Origin: the human T2T-CHM13v2.0 reference genome, Homo sapiens
DNA: 64,000 nt
Strand: one strand, 5' to 3'
Assembly (NCBI RefSeq): GCF_009914755.1
Contig: NC_060934.1
Each line of letters opens with the position of its first letter. Within the stretch, counting starts at the first letter, position 1. The notes beneath the pieces were generated by a model. It was given only the letters and a program-made list of their open reading frames with translations, was not told the origin of the DNA and made no database searches. Position numbers and translations under genes: made by a program. Positions 12,856 through 27,721 of this stretch are shown one piece after another.

Positions 12856-14437
12856 TTCTAGGGGATTACAAGGAATAGAAAAACCGATTCTGCCCAAACG
12901 TGAGAAACAGACATTTGAATTAATCCCTGGATATCAGGCCACAAAGGAGAAAGTCATTCCAAGCAGAGAGAAATGTGTTTATAATTGGGGAACTCCGATT
13001 GAAAATTGGTATTTGGGGAAAATATGACATGTGAGTGACAATAAATGTATAGGACAATGGCAGAATCCAAGTTTGGAAAGGGGGATTTGTGCCTAGGTTA
13101 ACAAATCATGTATTTTATGATATCCACTTAGTAAGCGCAGTTTGTTTATGTAGGCTTTTTGTTTTGTTCTGTGAACAACTTGTTTCTCTTCTCCTGATAC
13201 AACTTTGCTATTTTCCTCTTAATTTGTGACATACAAAATGCCTTCATATGCCGTTGCATCAGCAAGACAAGAAAACAAACTGTAAGGGGTCTACCAGCTA
13301 TATAAGGATAAATACAGTTGATGAAACATGGTATTTCAAAGATACTGGACTGAAACATTGTAGGAGATACTCTGATAGAAAATGAGGACAAATTTTTGTC
13401 TTTTGTAAAACCCTGTGGGTATAATTTTGCCATTAGTCAAGATGGATGTTTCAATGTTGAGACATGAGAAATCTTTGAAACACCAAGGCATAACATGAAT
13501 GCTGCAGGGAAAATGAAGTTGATTTTTTTTTTTGAGCTGTAAGTCAACTAAAGTTGCTTTTGACAGCTTGCTGATGAAATGTGATTTTTATAATGCTCAC
13601 AGACATTTGTCCGAGTTACTAAGTTTATTAGAATTCCCGCATAGGTGGGAAAGTTGTTGAGTGTGGTGTTGGATTCTAGTCTCTAAAGTCAAATGATATC
13701 CCCAGGGCTGTATGTGGGATAGTTTCAGTATGGGAGAAAAAAGTAGAGACTGGAAGATCCATCCGTTTCTCTCAAGATGTGGGCATGTTCTCTTCATGCA
13801 ATCGGGAGATTCCCTTAGTTCTAAGATTCCCCATCTGGAAAAAATAAATTTCAACTGATGCACTGAGATAAAATAGATGATATTGCTTAGTTGAGTGCCA
13901 AGCCAAGCTGCAAGTTTTTAAAAGAGAAAACCAAAAAGTATTATAAGATTCCAAAGCCCCTACCCACATTGAAGGAGTAAAAGGAGCAATTAGGGTGCTA
14001 GGTGTCCCCTTCTACCACCCCCACCCAAGGAGCAGATGGAGAGGCTCTGCCCTGTACTTCAAGCCCAGTGGAGTTCCATCAGGACCCCACAGTTAGAGTG
14101 GCACGGTGGGGCCCAGCGAGCGGCCCAGTGTCTGACTGCAACTCCTGAGAGTGGAAAGCAGGCTGGCTAGTAGAAGGGGGAACAGTTGAGCTGGGCACTC
14201 CCTGCTCCATGAGAGTTTACTGGAGCAAAGGATGCAACAAGATTTCTTGCAGATTGGAAATGGATCATGTGGGAGGGTGCTGATGGGCTGGTCTTAATCC
14301 AGTCTGAGATGGCCACACACAATGTGAAGGAACTTCAGTGCAAAGAGGCTGGAGGTGAAGTGCAGATTCACAGAGGCTGAGAAAGGAGCCTTTTAGAGAC
14401 CAGCGGGAAAAGAAATTCATTCTTCCTCATTAGGGGA

Positions 14438-15029
14438 TGATGTGGTTTGGCTCTGTGTCTCACCCAAATCTCATCTCAGATTGTAATCCCCATGTGTCAG
14501 GGGAGGGACCTGGTGGGAGGTGATTGGATCGTGGGGTAGTTTCCCCCTTGGTGTTCTGGTGATAGTGGGATCTCATGAAATCTGATGGTTTCGAAGTGTG
14601 GCACTTGCACCTTTGTGCTTACTATCTCCTGCTGCCATGTAAGACGTGCCTTGTTTCCCCTTTGCCTTCTGCCATGATTGTAAGTTTCCTGAGGCCTCTC
14701 CAGTCATGCAGAACTGTGAGCCAATTAAAACTCTTTTCTTTATAAATTACCGAGTCTCAGCTCACCACAGCCTCCCCATTCCGGGTTTAAGCAATTCTTG
14801 TGCCTCAGCCACCCGAGTAGCTGGGATTATAGGCACTTGCTACCACACTGGGCTAATTTCTGTATTTTCAGTAGATACGAGGTTTTGCCATGTTGGCCAG
14901 ACTGGTCTCAGACTCCTGGCCTCAAGTGATCCATCCACCTTAGCCCCCAAAGTGCTGGGATTACCGGCGTGAGCCATGGTGCCTGTCCTCAGGTAGTTCT
15001 TTATAGCAGTGTGAAAACAGACAAATACA
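14438..15029 (+). mobile_element. THE1D-like solo LTR interrupted by a tail-less Alu (about 14755-14988, minus strand)
   Basis: tgatgtggtttggctctgtgtc...gattgtaagtttcctgaggcctc...aaacagacaaataca. Confidence 0.9.
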
Positions 15030-15440
15030 AGGGAACTGTAGGTAGGAGATGCCCAACCCTGGAAACGTCTCCAAGAAACCCATACACATGTCTACAAGAG
15101 AAAGGAAGCATTAAACATCTGCCAGGCCCAGAAAGCATGAAGCCAAGCTTCCACAGCACTGGTCAAATAAGTTTCCTGCCCTACCCTCCATGCCCCTCTT
15201 TAAGGCTCGTCACTTCTCTGCCCCCTTTGTGAAGGTGTTGGAAACTGCACTGAGCAACACGGAGGGAAAAAGAAGAGCAAAGCAGGGAAGCAGCAGAAAC
15301 TGATCACAGCCTTAATCCAGTCTGAGATGGTCTTAATCCAGTCTAAGATGGTCTCCAGTCTCAGTTGGCCACACACAATGTGAAGGGACAGCTTCCTGGG
15401 CCTGAGTTAGGAAAAAGAGGAGAAACATCTACTTTGATCA

Positions 15441-16152
<712 letters not shown>

Positions 16153-17308
16153 TAAACTCCTCCTTTTTTAAAAACTCAAATGGTTTCTGATTCCTGGTTA
16201 GATCCCAACCATAAGAGCATCCCATGAGTCATGCATGCCTCTTTTTGCGTGCATGTAAATATATATGACACTTTTAATATATGTGTGCATGAATAAATCT
16301 GTATATATATAACTTTGTTTTAGTTAAACAATGACCCTAAGCACATCTGGTGAGCTTCCACCACTTTAAGAATGCTTTTAGCTCATTAATAAATTGCTAA
16401 AGGAAAACGCGTTCTTGCATTTAGTAAAACAACATGTTAAACGTTTTGCTAGACAGATCATTGACCTAATTGAGAATCCCAAATCCAGCTTTGCCATCTA
16501 ATCCATGATGCCACAAATCTTTGTGTGCTTGGTCCTCTGGGCCAGGAGCTGATCCAGTTCCAGGGACTCTGAAGAAGAACTCTACTTCCTCCTCCTTTAC
16601 CGTTATGTCATGCATTCAATAGGTACTTGGCATCACTAAATCTACAAAGCCCAGAATTAGCAAGCACTGAGAACAAGCATATACTGAGTGTCCTGGTCAT
16701 TCAAACACATATTTTATCCATAGTTATTCAGAAACCCATTCATTTGGTCACACTGGCACATCTTGGTATAAAGTAGAGATACTTCCTCAAAGGAGTGAAT
16801 TCCTAGACTGTTACAGAATATAAACTTTCTCGCCCTTTTTATAATATGCCATTTATGGCTGGAGTTTGCAGGAAAATGTTGAGGAAGGGATGCTCAAATG
16901 CAAAGGCTCAACCCACAAAAGTGGAGCTGCTATTCCAGCTCTTTATCTAACATTTGTGTATGAATATGTATTAAAGAGCCAGTTAGCCTAGGCTGTGGAT
17001 TAGCGCCCTAGGTGGGCCCTGTTTCTCACAGAGGTAACACAGTTTTATGAGTGCTGACTTAATCCTTAGGTGTAGCTTGTTGCCACACCTATCAGTAGCC
17101 CAATGGTAGCCTTAGGCAAAAAGAGGAGAGAACAATTCAATGCAGTAGGTCTCACAATCAGGATCCAGGAGTAAACCCGCATGATGGAGGCTCACTAGAG
17201 GTACCTTCTCAGATGCAAGTTGAAAAAATTTTTGTTTTTAGTTTAATTGGCATGATTAACACTTTCTCTATCACTCTCTTAAGCCTCAAAAAATCAAATA
17301 ATTGATCA

Positions 17309-17620
<312 letters not shown>

Positions 17621-18399
17621 ATCAAGCTCTGATTTGGAGGGTTTGCCCGTTTCCATGGTGTAAATGTTAGTGTGTAACCCTCTAGCATTAATCACTAAGC
17701 TGGAAGCTTGATGTGGGGATGTGAGTATCTGCTCTACACACAGCCGTGTCTCCCAAACTTTGTACAGTTTATCCTGGTCAGTCTTCCCAGTGTTGCTAAC
17801 CCTGCTGCATTATTCAGCCCCTGCCATTACTCACCTTGGGCCATGGTAGATGTTTGGTTACAAACCAACAAGCAATGCAGAGCATTTGCCCTTCTGTCTT
17901 TTCATTTCAAGATCATGATGATGCTGTGGACAGAAACAACAATGGATTCTAATGTGAGCCAACCGATTGTTCAGAATGTTGCCTTTTGAGGAATACCTGT
18001 ATCTGTGGCCGTGCTGTGTGAAAGACAAAGGAGCATAATTCTGACATGAATGTTGGTTGATGTTTTCCTTAATGAGTAAAAAAGGAAAGTAAAACAACAA
18101 AGGAAATGTATATAGGGATTTCACTCATTTGTCAATGATATGAGTGGCTCCTTTGCAGATTTAGGTAATAACTTTTTATTAATTTCAATGGTTTTCGGGG
18201 AATGGGTAGCGATCAGTTACATGAATAAGTTCTTCAGTGGCCATTTCTGAGATTCTGGTGCACCTATTACACAAGCAGTGTACACTGTAACCAACGTGTA
18301 GTCTTTTATCCCTCACCCACTTCCCACCCTTTCCCCAAGTCAGCAAAGCCCATTGTATCATTCTTATGTTTTTGCATGCTCATAACTTAGCTCCCACGT

Positions 18400-18599
18400 A
18401 TAAGTGAGAACGTACGATGTTTGGTTTTCTATTCCTGAGTTACTTCACTTAGAATAATGGTTTCCAATTCTATCCAGGTTGCTGTGAATGCCATTATTTC
18501 ATTCCTTTTTAGAGCTGAGTAGTATTCCATGGTGTGTGTGTGCACGCTTGTGTGTGTGTGTGTGTGTGTGTGTATTACCTTGGGCCATGGTAGATGGCC

Positions 18600-18631
<32 letters not shown>

Positions 18632-21600
18632 CATACAGACCACATTTTCTTTATGCACTCATTGACTGATGGGCATTTGGGCTAGTTCCCTATTTTTGCA
18701 AGTGTGAATTGTGTGGCTATGAATATGCATGTGCAAGTATCTTTTTTGTACATTGACTTCTTTTCCTCTGGGTAGATAACCAGGAGTAGGATTGCTGGAT
18801 CAAATAGTAGATTTAATTCTTTAAGGAATTTTCACGCTGTTTCCCATAGAGGTTGTACTAGTTTACACTCCACCAACAGTGTAGAAGTGTTCGCTTTTCA
18901 CCACATCCACTCTAACATGTATTTTTTTTTTATTATGGTCATTCTTGCGGGAGTGAGGTGGTATCTCATTGTGGTTTTGATTTGCATTTCCCTGATCATT
19001 AGTGACGTTGAGCATTTTTTCATGTCAGCCATTTGTATATCTTCTTTTGAGAATTATCTGTTCCCATCCTTAGCCCACTTTTTGATGGGATTGTTTCGTT
19101 CTTGCGGATTTGAGTTCTTTGTAGATTCTGGGCATTAGTCCTTTGTCAGGTGTATAGATTGTGAAGATTTTCTCCCACTCTATGGGTTGCCTGTTTATTT
19201 TGCTGATTATGTCTTTCACTGTGCAGAAGCTTTGTAGTGTAATTAAGTCCCATCTATCTTTGTTCTTGTTGGATTTCCTTTTGGGTTCTTGGTCATGAAG
19301 TCTTTGCCTAAGCCAATTTCCAGAAGGGATTTTCCAGTGTTATCTTCCAGAATGTTATGGCTTCGGGTCTTAGATTTAAATCTTTGATTTAGCTAGAGTT
19401 GATTCTTGTATAGGGTGAGAGATGAGGATCCAGTTTCATTCTACATGTGGCTTGCCAGTTATCCCAGCACCATTTGTTGAATAGGGTATCCTTTCCCACT
19501 TTATGTTTTGGTTTGCTTTGTCAGAGATCAGTTGACTGTAAGTGTTTGGCTTTATATCTGCGCTCTCTATTCTGTTCCACTGTTCCTATTTTTATACTAG
19601 TACCATGGTGTTTTGGTGACTATGGCCTTATAGCATAGCTTGAATTTGGGTAATGCCTCCAGATTTGGTGTGTTTTTTGTTTGTTTTTTTCTTAGTCTTG
19701 CTTTGGCCATGTGGGCTCTTTTTTGGTTCCCTATGAATGTTAGGATTGTTTTTTCTAGTTCTGCGAAGAAGGCTGGTGGTAGTTTGATAAGAATTGCATT
19801 GAATTTGTAGATTGCTTTTGGCAGTATGGTCATTTTCACAATATTGATTCTATCCATCCATGAGCATGGGATGTGTTTCCATTTGTTTGTATCATTTGTG
19901 ATTTCTTTCAGCAGTGTTTTGTAGTTTTCCTTCAGAGGTCTTTGACCTCCTTGATTAAGTATATTCCTAAGTATTTTTGTTGTTGTTGCAGCTATTGTAA
20001 AAGGAGTTGAGTTCTTGATTTGATTCTCGACTTGGTTGCTGTTGGTGTATAGCAAAGGTACTGATTTGTGCACATTAATATTGTATCCTGAAACTTTGCT
20101 GAATTCATTTACCAGTTCTAAGAGCTTTTTGGATGAGTCTTTGGGGTTTTCTAGGTATACGATCATGTCATAAGCAAACAGTGGCATTTTGACTTCCTCT
20201 TTACCAATTTGGATGCCCTTTATTTCTTTCTATTGTTTGATTGCTCTGGCTAGGACTTCCAGTACCAAGTGGTGAGAGTGGGCATCTGTGTCTTGTTCCA
20301 GTTCTCAGGGGGTTGCTTTCAACTTTTCCCAACTCAGTATAATACTGGCTGTTGGTTTGCCATAGGTGGCTTTTATTACCTTAAAGTATGTCCCTTCTAT
20401 GCCAGTTTTGCTGAGGATTTTAATCATAAAGCGATGCTGGATTTTGTCAAATGCTTTTTCTGCATCTGTGGAGATGATCATGTGATTTTTGTTTTTAATT
20501 CTGTTTGCATGGTGTATCACATTTATTGTGGTTGTTAAACCATCCCTGTATCCCTGGTATGAAACCCACTTGATCATGGTAGATTATCTTTCTGATATGC
20601 TGTTGTATTCTGATGGCTAGTATTTTGTTAAGAATTTTTCCATTTATGTTCATCAGGGATATTGGTCTGTGGTTTTCTTTCTTTGTTATGTCCTTCCCTG
20701 TTTTTGGTATTAGGGTGATACTGCTTCATAGATTTAGGGAGGGTTCTCTCTTTCTGTATCTTTTGAAATAGCATCAATAGGATTGGTACCAATTCTTCTT
20801 TGAATGTCTGATAGAATTCAGCTGTGAATCTGCCTGGTCCTGAGCTGCTTTGTTGCTGTTGGTAACTTATTAATTACCATTTCAATCTCACTGCTTGTTA
20901 TTGGTCTGTTCAGAGTTTCTATTTCTTCCTGGTTTAATCTAGGAGGGTTGCATATTCCCAGTAATTTATCCATCTCCTCTAGGTTTTCTCATTTATGCAT
21001 GTAAAGGCGAACATTCATAGTAGCCTTGAATGATTTTTGGTATTTCTGTGGTATCAGTTATAATATCACCCATTTCATTTCTAATTGAGCTTATTTGGAT
21101 CTTCTCTCTTTTCTTGGTTAATCTCACTAATGGTCTATCAATTTTATTTATCTTTTCAAAGAACCAGCTTTTTGTTTCATTTATCTTTTGTTTTTATTTC
21201 AATTTCATTTAGTTCTGCTCTGATCTTGGTTATCTCTTTTCTTCTGCTGGGTTTCAGTTTGGTTTTTCTTTCTCTAGTTCCGTGAGGTGTCACCTTAGAT
21301 TGTTCATTTATGCTCTTTGAGACTTTTTGATATAGGCATTTAATGCTATGAACTTTACTCTTAGCACCACTTTTGCCGTATCCCAGAAGTTTTAATAGGT
21401 TGTGTCACTATTCAGTTCAAAGAATTTTTTAATTTCCCCCTGGATTTCATTGTTGACATAACAATTTTCAGGAGCAGGTTAATTTCCATGTATTTGCATG
21501 GTTTTGAGGGTGTCTTTTGGAGTTGATTTCTAATTTTATTCCACTGTGGTCTGAGAAAGTACTTGATATAATTTTGATTTTTAAAAATGTGTTGAGACTT

Positions 21601-22228
21601 GTTTTGTGGCCTATCATATGGTCTATCTTGGAGAATGTTTCATGTGCTGATGAACAGAATGTATATTCTGCAGTTGGGTAGAATATTCTGTAAATATCTA
21701 TTTAGTCCATTTGTTGTAGGGTATAGTTTAAGTCCATTGTTTCTGTGTTGACTTTCTGTCTTGATGACTGTCTAGTGCTGTCAGTGGAGTATTAAAGTCC
21801 CCCACTATTATTGTGTTGCTGCCTATCTCATTTCTTAGGTCTAATAGTAATTGTTTTATAAATTTTAGAGCTCCAGTGTTAGGTGCATATGTATTTAGGA
21901 TTGTGATGTTTTCCTGTTGGACTAGTCCTTTTATCATTATATATAATGTCCCACTTTGTCTTTTTAAACTGGTGTTCCTTTAAGGTTGGTCTGATATAAA
22001 AATAGCTACTCCTGGTCAATTTTGGTGTCCATTTGCATGGACTATCTTTTTCCACCCATTTACCTTAAGTTTATGTGAGTCCTTATGTGTCAGGTGAGTC
22101 TCCTGAAGACAGCAGATACTTGGTTGGTGAGTTCTTATCCATTCTGCCATTCTGTATCTTTTAAGTGGAGCATTTAGATCATTTACAGTCAATGTTAGTA
22201 GTGAGATGTGAGGTACTATTCTATTCAT
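18400..22228 (-). pseudogene. L1 ORF2 (endonuclease/reverse transcriptase) remnants, broken by stops and frameshifts
   Basis: ICCLQETHL (22016-22228), YAPNTGA and IVGDFNTPL (21728-21937), [15 protein letters not shown] (20305-20577), [13 protein letters not shown], a mutated FADD motif (19597-20187). Confidence 0.92.
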
Positions 22229-22299
22229 TGTGCTATTTGTTGCCTCTATCCTGTTTCTTTCTTTTTTTTTTTTTCATTGTATTTTTTTTATGGGTCCTG

Positions 22300-23200
22300 T
22301 GAGATTTATGCTTTAAGGAGATTCTATTTTGGTGTATTTCAAGGATTTGTTTCAAGATTTAGAGCTCCTTTTAGTAGTTCTTGTAGTGCTGGCTTGGTAG
22401 TGGTGAATTCTCTCAGCATTTGTTTGTCTGAAAAAGACTATCTTTTCTTTATGGAGCATAGTTTTGCTGGATACAAAATTATTGGCTCATACTTGTTTGT
22501 TTAAGGAGGCTAAAGATAGGACCCCAATCCCTTCTAGCTTGTAAGGTTTCTTCTGAGAAATCTGCTGTTAATCTGACAGGTTTTCCTTTATAGGTTCCTG
22601 ATGCTTTTGCCTCACAGTACTTAAGACTTTTTCCTTTCTCTTGACCTTAGATAACCTGATGACCATATGCCTAGGAGATGATCTTTTCGTGATGAATTTC
22701 GCAGGCACTCTTTGAGCTTCTACTATATGGATGTCTAGATCTCTAGCAAGGCCAGGGAAGTTTTCCTCAATTTTTCTCTCAAATATGTTTTCCAAACTTT
22801 TAGATTTTTCTTCTTCCTAGGGAACACCAATTATTCTTAGGTTTGGTTATTTAACATAATCTCATACTTATGGAGGCTTTGCTCATTGTTTAAAGTTATT
22901 TTTTTCTTTGTCTTTATTGGATTGGGTTAATTCAAAAGCCTTGTCTTTGAGTTCTGAAGTTCTTTCTTCTACTTGTTCCATTCTATTGCTGAGACTTTCC
23001 AGTGATTTTTGCATTTCTCTAAGTGTGTCCTTGCTTTCCGGAAGTTGTGATTTTTTTTTATTTATGCTATCTATTACACTGGAGATTTTCCCATTCATAT
23101 CCTGTATCATTTTTTAAATTTCTTTAAGTTGGACTTCACTTTTCTCTGGTGCCTTTTTGATTGGCTTAATAATTGACCTTCTGAATTCTTTTTCTGGCAA
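22300..23200 (-). pseudogene. L1 ORF1 remnants
   Basis: ENFPGLARDLDIHIVEAQRVP...SPRHMVIRLSK (22568-22795) and coiled-coil RMEQVEERTSELKDK (22883-23110). Confidence 0.9.
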
Positions 23201-25059
23201 TTCAGAGATTTCATCTTTGTTTGGATCCACTGCTGGTGAGCTAGTGTGATCTTTTGGGGGTGTTAAAGAATCTTATTTTGTCATATTACCAGAATTGTTT
23301 TCCTAGTTCCTTCTCATTTGGGTAGACTATATCAGAGGGAAGATCTGGGACTCAGGAGCTGCTGTTCAGATTCTTTTGTCCCACAGAGTGCCCCCTTGAT
23401 GTGTTGCTCTCCCCTTTCCCTTATGGATGGGGCTTCTGAGAGCCAAACTGCAGTGATTATTATTTCTCTTTTGGATCTGGCCACCCAGCAGAGCTACAGG
23501 GCTCTGGGCTGGTACTGGGGAGCATATGCAAAGAATCCTGTGATGTGATCTATCTTCAGGTCTGTAAGGCATGGATACCAGTAGCTACTCTGGTGAAGGT
23601 AGCAGGGCAGTGAAGTGGATTCTGTGAGGGTCCTTGGTTGTATTTTTGTTAAGTGTTCTGCTTTTGTGTTGGCCTCCAGCCAGGAGCTGGCACTTTCAAG
23701 AGCATATCAGTTGTGGTAGCATAGGGAAGATCAGGTGGTAGTGGGGGCCCTAGAGCTCCCAAGAGATAATGGCCTTTGTCTTTGGCTATCAGGAGAGGTA
23801 AAGAAAGACCATCAGGTGGGGGCAGGGATAGGCGTGTCTGAGCTCAGACTCTCCTTGAGTGGGGCTTGCTGTGGCTGCCGTAGGGGATGGGGATATGGTT
23901 CCCAGGCCAATGGAGTTATGTTCCCAGGGGGATTACGGCTGTCTCTGCTGCATCACACAGGTCACCAAAGAAGTGAGGAAAAGCAGGCAGCCACACACAG
24001 GCCTCACCTAGCTCTCAAACAGCCTGCAGCCAAAAGGCCAGACTCCTCTCTTTCCAACCATGCCCCACCAACAGCACCAAGTTTATTTCCAGGTAGCCAG
24101 TGAGCAGGGCTGAGAACTTGCCCCAGGATACAAGCCTCCCAGCTCTGAAAGCAAGCGGACTCACAGTTCCTCAGTTGTCCCACGGAGCCTGCAGCAGCAG
24201 TCCACCTCCTTCAAAGGGTCTGTGGATTCTCTTAGCTTTCCTGGTATGTTCCTGCATTAGTCCTTGGAGCAAAAGTTCAAGATGTAGCTCTCCACACACT
24301 GCTCTGTCCCTTGAAGTGGGAGATGCAGATTAGTTCTGCCTCCTATTCTGTCATTTCTCCCCCTTTGGTGTTCTTATCCTCTCAGGCAATAATTTTTGAA
24401 TACTAGAATACTGCCTCATGCTTCTGTGCTGTATGCAACGTAGCAGCTACACACACAACACGTTTTTGTGTTGTGTGTGTAGGATTAACATTTTCTCCAT
24501 CACTTAAAGCCTGGAAAATCAACAAATGAGAAATGAAGCTCTGATTTGGAGGGTTTGCCCATTTCTGTGGTGTAAATCTAGTGTGTAACCCTCTAGTATT
24601 AATAACTAAGCTGGAAGCTTGATGCGGGGAGGACAGACCCTTATCTGCTATGCACACAACTGTATCCCCTAGACGTTGTACAGTTTATGGTACATACAAG
24701 AGGAAAACAGAAACTCCTAACCTTTTGGGAGTTATTTCATTAAAATTGCTTGGTTTAGAGAGGTGGTTACTTTTTGTTGCTATTTTGTGACTGAGATCTA
24801 GCAGTCCCACAGAGCGCTGAGAGGGTTTCCCAACATCCTTTCCTTCCTTGGTCAGTAACAGGGATGGTTGAGGGAAAGAAGTGAATCAGAAAATCCAAAT
24901 TATATTTCTGCCACTTAGCTCAGAATAAATTCCCAGTTGAAGGTGGACTTCTGTAATAAGAAAGAGATTAGATATCCATTCTAAGCTTGCTTTCTTCCTC
25001 CTCATGTTTGCATTAGTCACACTTTGTCTTCATTCCTTACCATCTTCGTCCTGGTCCTA

Positions 25060-25400
25060 AGTGAATGCTGCCTGATTGAGCTATTTTCTTAAATGTCGCT
25101 TTGCAGGTAAGGCTTTCCTTGGCCACCATATTCAAACAGTATGCATCTCACATCACCATAATCCCTTTGCCTTTCTTTAGTTTTCTCTGAAACACTCTAC
25201 ATATTATATATTTAATATATAGAAATTATATTTATTATTTCTCCAAAACACTGTACATACTACATATGTTTATGGGTTCATTTTCTGCCTCACCCTACCA
25301 GAATGCAAGCTCCAGGAAGGCAGAGATTTTTTGTTGTTGTCTATTTGATTAAAGTATCTCCAGTTCCTCAAACAATAGATATTAAATGCATAAGCCAATG
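25060..25400 (+). mobile_element. L2 fragments
   Basis: ctaccagaatgcaagctccaggaaggcagagattt. Confidence 0.6.
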
Positions 25401-25499
25401 TATTGAGCACCTACTTTGAACCACAAACTGTTCTAAGAGTGAGTGGTAAACAAGAAAGACAAAATTTCTACCCTTAAAATTTACATTTTAGAAAATTTC

Positions 25500-25769
25500 A
25501 ACTTATATAAGACCATAATTCTTCAATGATTTATGTGAACATAACAACATACAGCATACTTACATAAGACCATAACTCATCCATGACATGGATGTATACC
25601 GCAACATACTTAAGTATACCATAACATACTTATTATACTTGTTAAGTATACAATAACATGCTTACATACAACAATTTACATAAGACCATAACTCGTCAAT
25701 GATTTACGTGAATTCTTTTTTGTTTAGTGGCCAAATCATTGATGAGTTATGGTCTTAGGATGTAAGTTG
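25500..25769. repeat. Cluster of three direct copies and one inverted copy of a 30-39 bp unit
   Basis: acttacataagaccataactcatcaatgattt-like at 25501, 25558 and 25674; reverse complement at 25733-25769. Confidence 0.9.
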
Positions 25770-25819
25770 GAGGTAGGGTACAGGTTGATTAGCCAAATCC
25801 TAAATTAATGGAACGCCTC

Positions 25820-26554
25820 TGATATGGTTTGAATCTGTGTCCCAACCCAAATCTTATGTTGAATTGTAATCCACAATGTTGAAGCTGGGGCCTGGTGGGA
25901 GATGGTTGGATCATGGGGGAAGTTTCTCATGGTTTTACACCATCCCCCTTGGTGCTGTCCTCACTATGCTGAGTTCTCATGAGATTTGGTTGTTTAAAAG
26001 TGTGTGGCCCCTCCCACCTCATTCCCTCTTGCTCCTGCTCTGGCCATGTGAAGTGCTCATTCCCTCTTTGTCCTCAGCCCTCATTGTAAGTTTCCTCAGG
26101 CCTCCCCAGAAGCCAAGCAGATGCCAGCATCATGCTTCCTGTACAGCTTGCAGAACCATGGGCCAATTAAACCTATTTTTTAAAAAATACATTTCCCGGT
26201 CTCAGGCATTTCTTTTTCTTTTTTAAAATTGAGACAGGGTCTCATTTTATCACCCAGCTTGGAGTAGAGTGCCACAATCTTGGCTCACTGCAACCACTGC
26301 CTCCCAGGCTCAAGTGATCCTCCCACCTTAGCCTCCGGAGTGGCTGGGACCACAGGTATGCACCACCACACCTGGTTATTTATTTTTGTGTTTTTAGTAG
26401 AGACGGGTTTCGCCATGTTTCCCAGGCTGGTCTTGATCTCCTGATCTCGTGATCTGCCAGACTCGGCCTCCCAAAGTGCTTGGATTACAGGTGCAAGCCA
26501 CCACGCCCAGCCCTCAGGCATTTCTTTATAGCAATTCCAGAATGGACTAATGCA
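25820..26554 (+). mobile_element. MSTA solo LTR interrupted by an Alu (26216-26512, minus strand)
   Basis: tgatatggtttgaatctgtgtccc...ggactaatgca; Alu TSD ctcaggcatttcttt. Confidence 0.9.
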
Positions 26555-26564
26555 ACCTTACTTA

Positions 26565-27489
<925 letters not shown>

Positions 27490-27721
27490 TTAAAAATCAC
27501 TACTTTTTAGGCTGAGATTTCACAGAAGGTATGTAGACACAACCAAGCATCAGGAGTGACGGCAACAGAAAGCTATGTCAAGCATTCAAGAACCTAAGGA
27601 ACAGGGTGCTGTGAGCCCTTGTTGGACAAAGTTGCTTGTTGACAAGATCCAGCAGCTCATGAATCAATACAAATTTAAAATTTTACCTTAATTACCAAAT
27701 TTAGTGTACATTTAGTAATTA

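Larger units (their letters stand above)
18178..24382 (-). mobile_element. Full-length, inactivated LINE-1 (L1PB1-like)
   Basis: About 6.2 kb; L1PB-type 3' UTR (gttacatgaataagttctt...tctgagatt.tggtgcacc); ORF1 and ORF2 remnants in order; degenerate TSD taggtaataactttt / caggcaataattttt. Confidence 0.93.

Noticed and set aside
19597-23110. Reverse transcriptase, endonuclease and ORF1-like ORFs as an active element or novel system
   Set aside because: Ordinary fragmented L1PB remnants; the catalytic FADD motif reads FAYD
25500-25712. Repeats of about 30 bp separated by spacers, superficially CRISPR-like
   Set aside because: Only three degenerate copies, irregular self-similar spacers, primate context, no cas genes
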